From the NCBI GenBank assembly GCA_030265395.1, contig JARFYF010000119.1:5467393-5531392 (forward strand): a stretch of DNA of 64,000 nt, written 5' to 3'. Of the stretch, positions 9,771 to 22,984 are shown in pieces. Below the pieces are notes generated by a model. The model did not search any database and had not been told where the DNA came from. It worked only from the letters and a program-made list of their open reading frames with translations. Origin of the DNA: Rhina ancylostomus. Its lineage: Eukaryota. Made by a program: the position numbers and the translations under genes. The first letter of the stretch is position 1; every line of letters starts with the position of its first letter.

Positions 9771-12700
9771 GTCATATTGATTCATTATCGTTATGTAGCT
9801 TTTATTTTGCTTATTTACAAATATGGTACTGAATTGTTTACTTTTTGCATAATTTACAGATCAATTAAGGCTTGAAATCTAAAATCTTTAAACTTTTTGT
9901 GAACCTTGTGTGTGTGTTGGTCATGAGCCACCTTAAATCTATATTTGAACTCATTTAATGCTGATGAGTTTTGATCCAAGAATTAGTACTTCCAAGTTGA
10001 TTGATTACTAACTAAAATTTAGGGGTGGTAGTATAATAAATCTTGGACAGATTTGCAAAGTGGAAAACAGCCTAATTTATGGGGCTGAAGTCTGACACAA
10101 TTTCAGAAATCCATCCAGTTCCATGTTAGTTTTGGTGCTCCAGAGGTTCACTATGAGTAACCTAAAAGTAGTTTGTGATTGGATTGCTTTCCCAAACAGA
10201 TCAACAACTAAGATCCTCCCTTGTCATTCTATGTTGGTCAATCCCTTTAAGGGCTGAATACCAGTTACATTTTGGCTTTAAACATTTTTAAAACTTGCTT
10301 TAATTTGGAGCCAGGGGAAGCAAATGACACCCTCAACCATGCAATAGCCAGCTGTCAGTCACTGCCTACCTTCATGCCCTCCTGTTGACAATATTGAGAA
10401 AATGTCAATAATAAGCATGTCTTTGCTGCTTTTAAATTGAGCAAGTTGTATGTCTGGCAGTGATTAATCTTCCAAGTGAAAATGAATGAATTACCTTCCT
10501 TAGAAATGTGGAATATCAGTTGCTTGGGAATTGAATCAAAGGGAACATCAGAAGTATATTTGAGTTCATGGGATATGGTGGTTTCTGCATGCTGGGAATG
10601 CCTGTTGTCTTGCTGAACTGGTTTCAAAGAGATTTCTACTGTTTGGGTGATTTGATTCTGCAAGTATGAGTCACATTTTGTACCTTAGAAAGGAAGCATT
10701 ATTTATAAATGATCCCTTGAAAGTGACTGAGAGTAGGTGTTGCCCTTGCTTCTGTATTTTGGAATCACTTCCAAATAGTGGTCACTGACTTATGTTGAGA
10801 ATTTTATTTATATTGTTGACATGCTTTTAGTAGGTTGAACTGCTATCCCCTTGTTCTGCTCTTGTCAGTTAACTCTAATATTCTTGGATTTAGTTATTGC
10901 ACACCTTTTGAAATGCTTTTCCACAAGGTCACCTCTTGGATATCAACTTTCCAGGCTAAGGCTGTTCAGCGCATTATTGCAATGCTTAAAATATCTTGCT
11001 TTGGTGATGAAGATTGGATCTGTGTTTCAGGTGAGGATTACCTATTTATGGCCTGTCCTTCTGGTCATAATTTCCTCTGACCTGCTTTCTTAGATGGCCA
11101 TATAATTCAACTTTGTGAATTGCTGCTCTGAATTTGTTGAATGTGTGTGTTCAGGTCATCCAAACTCATGTCTTTGAACCTTATCCATAGTTATTTCACA
11201 TTTGGTGCTGTTGAGCCAATCACTACAGGATTACATTAGAGATTGATGCTGTTTCAGTAATTTCCATGTAATTGCACTTTTATTTTGGTCATTGGGTAGC
11301 AGCCAGGTATGGAAACCCTGAGCATTTCATTCATCCTTCCTATACCAGGGACACTATCAGTTATAGTTACCCAACTATGACATTGTTTGAGAATAGGGTG
11401 GGTACAAAACTTTAGGCTTTTAAATATGTAAAATTCAGAAACTGAGTAGTTGAACTTCCAATGTGATGCATGCATTTTAATTTAGTACATAGCATATTAA
11501 CACATCACATTAATGACACCACTTAAATTTTATTCATGATATGGAACTGGGTTATTGGACATTGCCTTGTTTCTAAGCATTTAAAGCTCTTCTTAAATGT
11601 TTAAATACCATCAAAGTGATGATATTTTTCAGCACTGTGTAATATGCTTATTTGAAGCCTATTACACTGTTTCTTACCACCTATTACACTATTTGTAACT
11701 TAAATTAATATTGTGACTTGCTATTTTGGGATTGAGAAGTATGTTTGCTGATAATTTTATTTTATCCTGTTTTCCTGTTCCCTATAATTGCTGTGCTACG
11801 CAGGTTTAAATTATTGTGTTAGTGCTGACTGCAGTTTTAAATTTCCACCAGTTTTACAGATACATTTGTGTAGGAAGTATATGTAGCTTTTGACCATCTT
11901 CATAGACTGCCAGCAAATAAAAGGAACCAAGTGTTAAAAATGTTCCTTAGGAGAAATGTTTTAAGTGGGCAAACATACAAGGAAGTTGCACTGTGTTGTG
12001 GTTGTAAAAATTGAGGTGTGTATGTGTGTGTGTGTGTGTATGTTGATGATGAGTTAATGCTCCTAACTGTAAACTTTGATACCTGTTGAAAGAGAGAATG
12101 TGATTGGTTTGAATCTGATTCTGAATGTAGTTTATTCACGTAGTGGTGTTTACGTATGAGTGTTGGGTTGATTTACTGGGAGATGCTTGATGTCTGATGA
12201 AACAAATCCAAGTAGAAGGGAGTGGCAAAAGCTAGTAGAGTTTTGTTTTAAAAATGGATTATTTGGCATGGTAATAGATTATTTAAGATGGATATCCTGA
12301 TTTGGATTTTTCATGTTATGTGGAAAGGATCCCTAATAGATTTTCAATCCTACACATCCACTGGTCAATGCTCCTTCTGTTTTGAGGTGGGCAAGTGAGT
12401 CAGACACACCTCAATGACGACTGTGTTGTGAAGAGTAGATGTGGCTGAGGCAAAATTTTCTTCCTTGGTGCTGTTGATTGGTTGCCCCTTTGTGAAACTC
12501 GAAGTCAGAGAGGCTGCAAGTAGAATTGCAGCATGGAGTGGTTAAGTGTCCATTTGTACAAGTGATACAAATACAAACCTTGTGGGTTAGCAGCAGTAGT
12601 TTTCACTGAGGAACAGATCTACTGTTTTGTATTGTGATTTAGTAAGTTATGGCCCAAAGAGAGGAAAATGGTTTAACAATCTATAAATTTTATACCACCA

Positions 12701-15164
12701 AGAGAATGTAATAGTTGAGTCAGATTATAAACCAAATCCCTTAATTAACTGTCATTTGAGTTCACCCTTGTTATCTTATATTTGACCAATAATTTGACTG
12801 TTTTATGAAAGTTCAAGAGAAGGCAACAAATACCACAGGTGGTGCATTCTCCAAAAATGCCCCAGTTGATTTTTTTTTTGTAGATTAGAGTGGATTATGG
12901 AAGCCTTGATAATTGGGGCAGTTTTGAACATCATCATCATTCAGCAGAATTGTGCATTGATGCACGCCCAGTTAAGGCACAGTCCTGTTCAGTGTTTGTA
13001 TGCACGAACAGACACACCTGTTTTGATGAGATGGGAGAAACTGATGGTGCAATGTTTTTTAAACCTCAGCATGCACCAGCTTTGTAACGGGAGAAAAAAT
13101 AGAAGGAGCATAATTATTCTTGGCTATTTTTCTTTTGCTGCAGCTTTCACCCACAATAGTATTAGTTAATAACTTGCTACTGACTTTGAAGTTGCTTTAC
13201 ACCAGTTTTNNNNNGGAAATGTTCACTGGCTAACTGTTAAATTAATGGGAAGACTTCAAAGCATTATTTTGTTTTTATTGGAAGTGAACATTATTTCCAT
13301 CTGCCCAAATATAGTTAAAACAAAGCTGTCTTAGCTGCTTTTAAATTGACTTGTGTTGGCTCTGTGTTTGCATTGTCAGCAGTTGTGAACATCAAATTTG
13401 TTTGCCTCAGACAACTTAATGTGACTGTAAATCTTAGCTTACTTGCCTTGCTTTTCAGTGATTTCTGCTTGTTACAACTACTAATTTGTAGAACTGTTTC
13501 AGGAGAAAATGTATTAATTATGCTGTACAATTGTCAGTCAATTTTTTCTGTTGAGTGATTAGTTGATTTTTGTTTAAAAATCCAGATGTAATAATTTTAC
13601 TCTGTGGTTGATGTGAACATAATGTGACAAGAACTCTATAGTATTGACAAAAAGTACAAAAATTTGAACATAAATAATTGGTTGATGAAACGGTAAAGGT
13701 CAGACAGGACCTTATGTTTGAGACAAAATTTGCCCTTTGGTGCATGCAGCTTATTGATCAAAACTGTACTAACTGATTGCCTTTCAAAGATAATTAACTT
13801 CTTAACTCTAAAGTAGTGAGTGCATCTGACAGCCTCCTAAGGCCAAGGAAAGATATGTATTGCCAACTGCAATTATTTGTATAGATACTGGAATTTTGAT
13901 TTTATTTCTGTCCTATTCTCCTTCCCATTCTTGGATACATGTATGTTGACAGTGGCTACCATCCAGTTTCTCATCCAAGTGGCCTTCTTGTGAGCCTAGT
14001 TTTTGGGTATTTTACTATGCAGCTTACCTTTTCAGGCAGTCTCACAGAATATTGACTTGGGAGTGAATATCCTGTCTGAAAGCTTTGGATTGCATATATT
14101 GGCTGATAGTTAGATGTAACAAAGCATCCCATGTCACTTCACGAGCATTTTCAAGTAAAATTTAATGTGGAGCAAATTGGAAATACCAGAGCATATAACT
14201 AGAAAAATGGTAAAATTAATAGTTTTAGCCAGTGATTTTTTTTTTGAGGAAAGAGACAGCAAGGTAAACTTCATGTTGTTATTGATCATTAACTGATGCA
14301 TGAATGTGGTTTTCTTTGGCTTGATATTGTACATTCATAGTGAGCAAGGCTGGAGGGGTTGTGCTGTGGGACATGGTGTTTGCAGTGTTGGAGATGGAGG
14401 TGTAGGTTGATGTAGTGCATTTTTGTGGTTGGTACTGTTACAGTACGAGTTTGCTTACTAATTGCTTATTGGATCATGGAATTATCTATTCGGTAAATGC
14501 AGTCTCTGATAAATGAGCTGTAAATTCAAGAATGTGAAAGTTTTACTTTCCCATTCCTGTATTGATAGCTTTGAGCTAACTGGATGTATTGCATAGACTG
14601 CAGCTATCCTCTCACTACTTTTATATTTTTAAGATGATCTGTTGAAGATATTGCCTAATATCTAAGTATAAAAATATTTAATTGCATTGAGAACCAATTA
14701 TTTTTTAATCTTGATTTCATTTCTGGCATTTGTTCTAGAGTATCTTGAGTCTGATGTTTGCGGTGCTCGGGTTGTGCCCTTCAGTGGCTAATCATATTTA
14801 ATCATTGTCAAATGCTATCAGAACCTCACCTGAACAAAGCAAGCTTTTAATATTGACTAAAAATATATTGAAATCCCCAGAAAGGAACACTCACAAAGTA
14901 AACTTAAACAAGTTATTATAATTAGCTTCATTGATTATAGTACAAAAGCTGCAGAACCACAGTGTCTTTGCAAGCCTAATCTTGTTCGTTGAACAACCTT
15001 CTGGAGAATTCTTCGCTAAGGAAACATCATCTGAGCACCTGTACTCATTATAGGATGTAACCTGGAAAGAACCAATTCTACCAACTCTCCAGGGTATGTT
15101 TTTTCATAATTTATCTGTGGCCAATGCAGAGATGTAATTGGCTTGACATTAAAAAGTAAGAGTT

Positions 15165-15585
15165 ACAGCTCAGTTGGTAGTAGTTGGAGTCAAAAATTTG
15201 TGGATTTAAAACCCACTTCCTGGACTTGAACACAAAACCCAATCTTATTCCCTGGTGCAATGCTAAAGGTATGCAGTACTGTGAGAGATATCGTTGTTGT
15301 GATCTTTCATTTGGTCTCTTGGGTGGATGCAAGTTCTCATGTCACAATTTTGGAAAAAAAAGCGTGGGCATTATTTGCGGTGTCCTTAGCAATATTTGTT
15401 ATTTTACATTAGATAAAACTACTTTTAGTAGTNNNNNNNNNNNNNNNNNNNNNNNNNNNNNNNNNNNCATTTGCAAATTGGTTACCACGTTTCCCCACAT
15501 GATAATGCTGACACTTCAAGATTGTTTTATTGGAAATAGTAAAAGGGATATGAAAGGTGTTATGTCATTGTAAATCTTTATTTCT
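15165..15585 (+). mobile_element. DeuSINE, full-length but decayed
   Basis: A-box-like AGCTCAGTTGGTAG, then GAGTCAAAAATTTGTGGATTTAAAACCCACTTCCTGGACTTGAACAC, CTCTTGGGTGGATG, GGTGTCCTTAGCAATATTT, GCAAATTGGTTACCACGTTTCC and tail TGAAAGGTGTTAT. Confidence 0.65.
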
Positions 15586-16279
15586 AAAGGCAGATGTTAT
15601 GGTATTTTTAGATCTTGAAGAATACGAGGATAATTTCAGGCACTTGGAGGCTTGGATTACATTTATAATTTTGAAAATCTGGGATTTTCTTTAAAAAAAA
15701 CTGGTGTGCATGGTATTACAATGTTATTTAATGTATTTATCCTACTTTGCCAGGACAGTTAATAGTTGATGTCACTTGGAGTGAAGGTTTCCAAATTGAT
15801 AATCGCAGGAGTCCACAGGTTTATCAGCTCCTGGAATTTTTTTGCAATATTATTTGTGTCCTAGATGTCAATAAAGGAGAAGAAAAATTCTGCAGTAGTA
15901 CAGTTTTGGAGAGCTGAATGTACACTAGCTCAAACCATATCCTAGCCCTGATAGGGAAGTTGAGAGGAGCCTGCAATTTGTCAGTAGCGTGTCCCGTTTG
16001 ATCTATTTTAGGAGTATGTGCTTCCAGCTGGAATGGTTTTTGCAAGTTTGCAGTCTCTCAATCCTTGCTGATTTTAAAAAAATCAAAACTGGTTGCAAAA
16101 CAGTTGTATGCATGTTTAACCCTGGATAACAACAATCTGACCCTCTTGTCACTTTTTTTCATCTCTCAATCAGAAGTCATCAACTCCTTAATGGGATATA
16201 ATGCCATGAACCTTGCTGCCTTAATTTGCTGAATTGGGCCTGCTTGTAAAAGAAGACATATGAATACAGAGACATGATG

Positions 16280-16560
16280 GTGGATGGTCCCAAAACGCTT
16301 TACACCAATAGATTCTTGTGTTTAATCATTATTATGGTATTGTAAATGCAGCAGCTAATCTTTTCAGAAATGGTGATTGATCAGTGAATTGCAAGGAATT
16401 TTCTTTTTTGAAATAGTCCCATAGAATAATGTCATCAGTGTGAAAGAGCAAATCAGACTTTGATTTAATGTCTTACCCAAAAGGCAGTGAAGGCAGCACT
16501 TCAGTGCAGTAAACCCTAGCATTGCATGGGAATTGGCCTAAAACATTGTTTTCAAGTCTG
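16280..16560 (-). mobile_element. DeuSINE fragment
   Basis: GTCCCAAAACGCTTTACACCAAT, TTTGAAATAGTCCCATAG and TTTAATGTCTTACCCAAAAGGCAG are antisense Deu-domain and tail motifs. Confidence 0.55.
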
Positions 16561-18035
16561 TATTTGCATGTTGGTAGTCCATTGCTTTTCTCTGCTAGGT
16601 AGATGAGTGTCTTTCTGCATTGGATGACAGATGAGCAAACAGCCTTCCTGTCCTGTATTATTTTTTTGTCCTTTATTTAGGAAGCAGCTTTTTGCAATTA
16701 TAAACCTTCAGCTGCTAGCATTGATTTTTTTTTGGCTGAGTTATCTTCTATGTGGCATTAGAGGTCTGCTTAGGTATAAAATTTAGAACTGACTCAATCA
16801 TGTGCAATCTAAATCTAACCGAAGCCCAAAGAATTTAAAACCTGGTCCTGTCCCTCATATGCATCGTGGGATCCTGGTGGGCACAAGTTGAGTGGCTAGG
16901 CTCTACTTGCAACCACTGGTGGTTTCTAATTGAGAAACATAAAGTATCCCTTCTACAATCCAACAATTAGTGTCCATATTTAAAACAGCTTCCCTGAAAT
17001 TCTGAGGGTGCAGAGGGCATTTGGTTCGTTGCATCAGGTCCCTTTTGTATTGATTCTGGCTCTTCACCCGTCGCATTGAATGCACCTGCTGCAATGTATG
17101 GGTTTGTCTCTTCAGTGGGCACCCTCCATGGGGCCAGCCTCTCTGATGGGAACATGGTCGATCTGGTGCATCTCATTGTTGCATGGTTCGCTGCCTGGGA
17201 ACTGGGTGAGGGAGAAACTGCAATCCTGAGTTGGGGCCACAACAATTCAGTAGTTGTCAGTGAGCTTTTTGGTGGGTAATGTGCTTTAGGGCCTCTGTAT
17301 AAGGACTACTCCCCTTCCTTATCTGCTGTTTCATTTCTTCCTCCCAGTCTTGCTTCCCTTTGTTCACTTCCTTGCCAGACCACAGCACCCCTTCCCTGAA
17401 TATGACCTGCACACAATTACCCAACAGTCTGAATACACTGTGATTCCACATTCAGATTCCAGTATGTCTGATGAATACACAATGAGGTGTTATCATTAGA
17501 GCTAAGGCTCTGTGTGAGATTGATTTACGCTCCCCTCCCCCGGCCCCCCCCCCCCCACCACCACCTTGTCTCCAAAGCCCAAGTTACTACTGTGACTTCC
17601 AACCACTTGTTTCTTGTTCTGAGGACTGAAACTTCATCAGCTTCAGCCTAGCCATGTGCATCCTACCGGGATTACCCTGCAATGGGCACAAACTTGATCG
17701 TTCAGCATGTCTGCACCATCCAGTGGATTGAGGAGCTGAAGGGAGATAGTGCATGGTCACATCGCAGCTTATACCCATCTGGGTTTGGTGGGTCCTTAGT
17801 CTCATGGGGGAGTGATCGGGGTTGGATGGGATTGCTGGTACAGTTTGAATTTTGTTTCCTTTCCCTTTTCAAAGGATCAACATTTCCAAATCAAGTCAAA
17901 AGTGGCAATGTAAGTGTTTGTTTATAAGGAGCTGATCCGAGGACTTGCACATTGTGCTGGATTTGAGTCAAATTGACTTTGAAAATAATGTCCTGTCAGG
18001 CTTCAGATGGGTATTCAGGCTCCACCGGGTATTCA

Positions 18036-18200
18036 GATAAGATATATCTTTATTAATCACGTGTACATGGAAACACGCAGTGAAATACATCTTTTGCGTA
18101 GAGTGTTCTGGGGGCAGCCCGCAAGTGTCGTCACGCTTTCGGTGCCAACATAGCATGGCCACAACTTCCTAACCCGTATGTCTTTGGGGTGTGGGAGGAT
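18036..18200 (-). mobile_element. V-domain SINE with Rex/Babar-like tail, 5'-truncated
   Basis: Near-identical to 61040-61235 (GTGTTCTGGGGGCAGCCCGCAAGTGTCGTCACGC..GGTGCCAACATAGCATG..CCTAACCCGTATGTCTTTGGGGTGTGGGAGGA). The minus-strand tail ends AATAAAGATATATCTTATC. Confidence 0.65.
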
Positions 18201-19014
18201 AATTGTAAGAGCTCTCTGTGGGACTATGGTTGTTTTAAAAGAACAGAATTAAAATAAGTTGGGATTTTGCTATGGCTTTACATCAGGAAGATGCTGAATG
18301 CAGCTCAGCACCTTCCTTCAAAGGAGAGCAAAATAAATTTGCTCAAGGTTGCACTGTAATCATCTAAGTAGGTCAATTCTCTACCCTCAATAGCAGGATT
18401 AAGATCAATACAGGAAGTTTTTTTAAAAAAGAAAGACAGACATTCTGTAAACCATAGGTTTAAATTCCAGTAATGGATATTCTGGGAAACCAGAACAGGA
18501 AGTTGTAAAAACATGCATTCAGAAATGCTGATTCATAAGTTTAGGTCACCCTTTGGTCACCCAATTTAGAAAGTTATAATGTTTTGTGAGTGCTCAGTTT
18601 TGTCAACTTTGTTTCATTGTAAACTGACTGAAGAATGGATTCAATTCTGCAGGTGAATAGACAGAATTGCACCTCAACATGCATTATGGCCAGATCAAAA
18701 CAGAGTTCTCTGTGTAGCTCGTACTTATAATGAAATAAAAACAAAAAGATGCTGGCTATAATGTAGTTCGGGTATTACAGTTTTCTTTAATCACTTCTGC
18801 ATCTTGTGGCTGTCTGGCAGTGCAAATTGTCCAGAAGAAAGATTGGCTGTATCCTGTACCTTCCATTACTTCCTTGGGTTAGCATTGTGTTTGATGCAGT
18901 CTGATCCTTCGTGTAATTCTAATTGAATGGACATTTTTCTCTCTCAAAATAAAATGGGAAAGCTGCTGGAGGCTATTTTGGCTTAATTGATAGCTTAAAA
19001 TAGAGAACAGGACT

Positions 19015-19180
19015 CTGGAACTTCCTCACAGCCTCTCATTTTCCTTTGCCTTTTTTTTAACACTCTCCTTCAAACTAACTGCTTTAAATAAAGCTTTTAA
19101 TCATCTCTTCTAATCTTTTTTTGGATCAGCATCCATTTTTGTCTGGTCATGTCTTTAAGCATTGTGATTTTCTCAAAATC
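19015..19180 (+). mobile_element. L2-type LINE 3' tail
   Basis: CTGGAACTTCCTC..TTTAACACTCTCCTTCAAACT..AAAGCTTTTAATCATCTCTTCTAAT..ATTTTTGTCTG matches the recalled elasmobranch L2 3' end. Confidence 0.5.
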
Positions 19181-19182
19181 AA

Positions 19183-19375
19183 TTTATCTAGCACCTTTAA
19201 CATCGTAAAACATTTTCCCATTTGCAGAAATAAGATTGAACAAAATTTCATTCTAAGCCTGATAAAGCAATATTCGGACAGATGTACAAAAGGTTGATCA
19301 GATTTGGGTTAAGGGGAGTATTTTAAAGAGGGAAAATGGTGAAGAGTTCTAGGAGAAGCCTAAGCAGCTGAATTG
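19183..19375 (-). mobile_element. L2-type LINE 3' tail
   Basis: Reverse complement reads CAGCTGCTTAGGC..CTTTAAAATACTCCCC..CCTTTTGTACATCTGTCCGAATAT..AAATTTTGTTC..TGTTTTACGATGTTAAAGGTGCTAGATAAAT. Confidence 0.6.
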
Positions 19376-20194
19376 TGGTTGTCAGTAGTAAAAGATGCTT
19401 AATGGATGGTTATAGTTGATGATAATGGGACTCAGTTACTTAAGTTTTGCAGGATCTGTGTCTATTGGGGAAAATCATATTAAATGCCATCTTGAGTATA
19501 TTTGACATACTACTCCTTAAATAGAATTGAACATTTGAAATGGGTTTCTCAATTTAAAAATAACCCAGGAGATTAGCCAAGTTCTTTAGCTCCTGACAGT
19601 GCATCAATGCACAGAATTTACAGTACAGAAGTAGGGCATTCAGCCCAGTTCTCTGTAGGAGCTTACACTTTGTATGAGCCTCCTCACACAAAACAGAACT
19701 ACTAACCCTATTTGCATGTCCTTCACCAGAGCAGAGAAGGTGACAAGATAAATCTGTTAACTGTGATTTGTCTAACTTCAAATGTAGTTTTGGACTCTGA
19801 AATGTATTGTGAAATTGCTTTATGTCCAATTTGATTAGTGTTAATGCTGTGTAAATAAAATCGTCTGATAATCACAACATGAGTTAAGTTTCAGTTTTCA
19901 ATTGCATAGGAGTTCCGCAGAGAAGTGAAAGAAACATACATACATATGAACGCTTTTAAGAATTAAAACTGAGTATGCTGAAAACCTTTTTGTTTGACTG
20001 TGTTCCAAGCTTGGATAATAAACTAATTTAAGAGTACTATTCCATTGTTCATTTTTAATTGTGGCATGTACTTCACTGACATTGGAAATCACAGACGAAA
20101 GATCAACTATATCCTGTACCCTCTATAATTCCTGGGGTTAGTAGTTTCTTTGATGCAATCTGATCCTTGACTTAAGGGGAGAGATGGAAAGGAT

Positions 20195-20815
20195 TTAGTG
20201 TTTGGATGAACCTGGGTATCCTATATAAATCTTGAAGTTAATGTGCATGTATGTCATCCTTTATTGCAAGAGGAATTGAGTACAAAAGTAGAGTTGTTCA
20301 AGTTATTTAGGGCTCTGGTGCAACCACATCTTGAAATTGTGTACTAAGACTGGTCTCCCAACCTAAGATTGCTGCACTTCCTCTATCAAGTACAGTGGGT
20401 CAGTTGATTAATTCCTGGAATGGAGTTTCCTGGAATGGAGTGACAAAGCAGATTGGTCTGTATTGTCAGGTTTTGAAAAATGTGAGATGATCTCATTGGA
20501 TAGTACAAAATTCTTGCAAGTCTGGTCAGAGCAGGTGGGGTTGATCCTTCCTCTGCTGACATGCCTCAAACTGAGGGTCTTAGTTTCATAATAAGGAGTT
20601 GGTTATTCAGGGCAGAGGGTGATGAATGTTTGGAATCTTTTCTAAGATGGCCGTGAACGCTTATTCACTGAATATATTTAAGGCAGAGGTAGGTAGATTA
20701 GAATGGAATCTGAGATATGGAGTTGGTTCAGGAAGGTTGCACTGAGGTAGAAGATCACCTATCTAATTGAAAGGTGGAGTCATAAGGGGCCAAATGGTGT
20801 AATCCTATTATGTTA
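20195..20815 (+). mobile_element. CR1-type LINE 3' fragment
   Basis: Remnant translation FIARGIEYKSR..LFRALVQPHLE, then a CR1 3' UTR ending GGGGCCAAATGG..TCCTATTATGTT. Confidence 0.7.
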
Positions 20816-21310
20816 AATTTGCAAACCAATTTTATCAATTTATAAAGTTACCAAGAATTGGAAATGTTGAGAATAACTAAGGGAGCTGTAACTTTTAAGT
20901 GTATTAGGTCTTTCTACAGTTTTTATTCAAATCTTAGCAAGTGTAAGGTGATTTTACTTTGCACTATTTTCATAAAATAGTCTGCAATTTTTAGATATGT
21001 TTCTGTACACCCCATGCACATACTTGTTTAAAAAGGCAATGATTAATTTTCCTTTAGATTACAACCTTGTAAATTACTTAATCAGGGGTTAGCTGGCGGC
21101 CATAACTTTAAAGTTAGGTTCTCTGACCTCATGAGATTGGAATACTGCTTTAAGTATAATTGCAATAAAGTTTTATTAGTTTGTATTGATTATGAGGTAT
21201 TCTGTTTGGATTTTGAAACAAATGTTATGTAACAGGCTAAACTTTTTAAAATTAGATTCTGGCAATATTTTTGCTCCATGTCCTCTTTCCTGATTGATAG
21301 AAACGATTGT

Positions 21311-21720
21311 CAGCTTGGCTCAGTGGCATCACTCTTGACTTTGAGAAGAGGTCGCAGATTCAATTTTGTTCTGCAAGGCGCTTTTATGCAGTCTTGTTGG
21401 AGGTGGACAGGATATTAAACTGATGAACTGTTCTGCACAGATGGCTCTTTTTGTGTTTTGAAGAGCAGGCGATTTTTGTGTCTGGGACAATATTATTCTC
21501 TATCAATCCCAGCAAAACACATTAATTGATCATTCCTTGCAGTGAAGTTAACTGCCAAGTTTTCAACAACACAACAATGACTTCATCTTAACTTACCATT
21601 TTTGTGTGAATACTATTGACAACCTTAAGTAATTTTTCTATATGCAAGGGAGATTTAAATTGGTAGCCTGGATGTTGAGAGCACATGAAAAGCAGCATAT
21701 AAATACAAGTTCATTCTTTC
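21311..21720 (+). mobile_element. DeuSINE, decayed
   Basis: Head CAGCTTGGCTCAGTGGCATCACTCTTG, then TTGGAGGTG..ATATTAAAC, TTTGAAGAGCAGG, TCTGGGACAATATT and tail ATGAAAAGCAGCATATAAATACAAGTTC. Confidence 0.6.
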
Positions 21721-22790
21721 ATTATTGACATCTGTTGCAGAGGAATGGCTATCAGTCTTCAATCTTTTAAAATCCACCGTTGTATTCTTGGAGACTCATT
21801 CAAAGTCGATATTTACTTTTTTTAGAGTAGATAATCCATGTAATGTGTCAAAGATGAAATAATATGAGGAACAGGACTACACATGCAGGGTAAGGGTAGC
21901 TACCCAAATGCATGTTATATAAGAAATAAAACAGTTAAAAGCACAAATTATCACATAGTAGCCACTAGAAGCCTAGCTGGAAGTATAGTATTGTAAAGGG
22001 GNNNNNNNNNNNNNNNNNNNNNNNNNNNNNNNNNNNNNNNNNNNNNNNNNNNNNNNNNNNNNNNNNNNNNNNNNNNNNNNNNNNNNNNNNNNNNNNNNNN
22101 NNNNNNNNNNNNNNNNNNNNNNNNNNNNNNNNNNNNNNNNNNNNNNNNNNNNNNNNNNNNNNNNNNNNNNNNNNNNNNNNNNNNNNNGAAAACTTTTATA
22201 CACGCCTTCTGAAGTAGTGTGAAAATTAGTTTGATTCGTTTTCTGGAACAATCATTTGGGAACAACAAAGGAGAAAGCTGTGCTAAGTCTAGTAAAGAGA
22301 ATTTGTTAACATTCTGAAGTGAAGGCTGACATTTGAGGACAGCTACCATTGTGGATAATTCTGATATTAAGTTTAAGGACAAAGGGAGAGTCAAAAACCG
22401 AGGGTTTAGATTCAAGTTAAGGCAAGTTTTGAAGAACTTGACCAGAGTAAACAAGGTTAAACTTCTATGCCAGGCACTTCATATATGAAGTTCTCTTTTT
22501 AGGTTGCCACCTGGGATTGAGGATGTCTTGCATTCACACCAGTTCTGAGGGATAGAAGATGCTCTCTCAAGTCAGTGTGATTTGCTATTGTGTAACTATT
22601 AAACACCATACTGACTTGACAGAACAAGGACTTGGTCTGATGGCAAAGAGATCAAAGATGTTTGGAGTTGAGCAGATATAGTGAAGAAGTTAGGCAAGAT
22701 TCAAGCCAAAGGAGAAGGTTTTCACAAGTAGTGATTAGTGAACTGGGACAGCTATTAAAAGTCACAGTTAAAGGGCACTTATGTAGAGAT

Positions 22791-22950
22791 CAGGACGTTC
22801 TGAAGCACTTCATACTCAATGAACTGCTGTTACTTTTGAAGTATAATTACTGTTGTAATGTAGGCAAACACAGCAGCCAATTTGTACACGTTCCAACATA
22901 GGAATGAGATACATGACCAGATCTTTTGTTGAATAATTTGAGGTATTTGC
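22791..22950 (-). mobile_element. DeuSINE 3' fragment
   Basis: TACTTTTGAAGTATAATTACTGTTGTAATGTAGGCAAACACAGCAGCCAATTTGTACAC is the antisense DeuSINE 3' region. Confidence 0.7.
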
Positions 22951-22984
22951 TGAAAGATACTTTGATTAAATCCCCTGAAGTTAT

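Noticed and set aside
21990-22202. TGTAAAGG..gap..TTATACA as a second LTR
   Set aside because: Termini pair poorly and the flanks (AGTAT/CGCCT) give no target-site duplication.
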